Shown here: piece after piece, positions 62,768-64,000 of the stretch | Numbering within the stretch: position 1 is the stretch's first letter | Layout of the letters: every line of letters begins with the position of its first letter | DNA from: Amphiscolops sp. MND2022 | Lineage: Eukaryota | NCBI GenBank assembly: GCA_964187785.1 | Contig: OZ076409.1 | Location: forward strand, 65,908,001-65,972,000 | Direction of reading: 5' to 3' | Length of the DNA: 64,000 bases | Made by a program: the position numbers and the translations under genes | Notes under the pieces: model-generated | Database searches by the model: none | What the model saw: only the letters and a program-made list of their open reading frames with translations | What the model was told of the DNA's origin: nothing

Positions 62768-63400
62768 TCAATTATGTGATGAGTAAGAAGATAAGAGTGA
62801 AACATATTCTTCAGAAGTTACACTTGGATGGAAAATTTTGACAAGCAAAGTCTGGTTCCGAATTTCCGAAGATCGATTCGCTTTGAACACGCTTGTTAAA
62901 AAATTGTAGATTGTCTTTATAAAAATATCGGTCACTCCATTTATGAGTTGATGTCCAGCCTTTGAACCAACAATGGCCGAGTTTGTGCTAAGTGACAAAC
63001 ACAGAAAACGGAATTGAAAGCAGTTCAACGTCAGTTTGTCACTATTCATATTTTTAGCAGAGAGTTCATTCTTCTTTTAATGAAAAAATTCAAGAACAAG
63101 AATAAGATTTTTTCAAACACGCGACCGTCAACATGGCAGATTTCTCAACTATTCGCAGAATGTACATTTAGGACACTGAACTCTGTAAAAGCGTATATGT
63201 CCCGATAAAAACAACCATTAATGAATGCTTTTTTTCAACGTCGAATTCAAAGGTTCATCAAATTTTTATCATTAATAAGATATCAAGAACGTCGTGTCAA
63301 AACTGTCAGTTCTATGACGAACAAGACTGTGAGAGAACTTGAATGGATGAAAATGCACATAAATTTCATAAATTTATTTCCATCTTTGCGGAATACTGCA
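62768..63400 (-). pseudogene. Degenerate LINE ORF2 relic (start of RT domain)
   Basis: 'SKAGHQLINGVTDIFIKTIYNFLTSVFKAN...LLVKIFHP...YVSLLSS' follows the pattern K-S-G-D-I...L...FN...KV-P-FK...YRPISLLS. Confidence 0.45.
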
Positions 63401-64000
63401 GCTAGCCGTTAAAAAAGCACACAATTGGGCAAAATTAGCTGTATGCTTAGAATCAGTTATCGCGACACACTAACATCGAAGATAAGGTTTTTTTTGAACT
63501 TTGAATATAAGTGAGAATTTTTGAATAGTTTTTCTGTAGAGTGTGAAAAATGCCCTACTTTTATCGAGGCCGGATATTTCAAACTCATCTGCCTTTCACC
63601 GAAAGGATTTAAAACAACAATGTGTACACAATTCAGGTGAAACCGACTAGGTTTTTGTAAAATTCGGTAATTTGGAGACGAACGAATCAAATCTCGATCA
63701 GACATTTCTGCTACCCTAGTTCACTTGAAGACTTCTATGAGATAACTCTTTTGTCTTTTGTTACCGAGGTTATCCGGAATAAGCATTAGTTTTACTTACC
63801 ATTTACGACTTGACAGATGCAAAGTTATCTCTGAAAATGTAGTTTAGTGTCTTTACTAATTAGTTTAGAACAAAGCTATCGTTTTTCTCTGCGAATTTTC
63901 AACAGTATTTAAAATAAACCCTTGTCTCGTCAAACTAAAACGATCGATGAACTCACAGTTCCATGATCCAACTCACAGTTAAACGAGGGCATTGATTAGA

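Overview
AT-rich eukaryotic DNA, probably from an invertebrate animal; the species cannot be determined from the sequence. The window is almost entirely transposable elements and their decay products, and no intact host gene, true tRNA, rRNA or CRISPR array is supportable. Main contents: (1) about 10 copies or fragments of a non-autonomous Helentron-type (HINE/DINE-1-like) family with subterminal inverted repeats and a covarying 3' hairpin, one of them carrying a tRNA-like module, plus a probable second such family with tRNA-like modules; (2) a 1,635-bp solo LTR (TG..CA, CCTGC target-site duplication) containing an intact 189-codon ORF that reads out through the LTR end; (3) an internally deleted BEL/Pao element nested inside an older Ty3/Gypsy relic; (4) a decayed Gypsy element (CACAT TSD) whose 5' part plus flank was triplicated as a ~3.4-kb head-to-tail array with an apparently templated junction; (5) fold-back MITEs, LINE reverse-transcriptase relics, an old ~2-kb tandem duplication and a perfect 74-bp palindrome. 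All identity figures are by-eye estimates; no database search was run.
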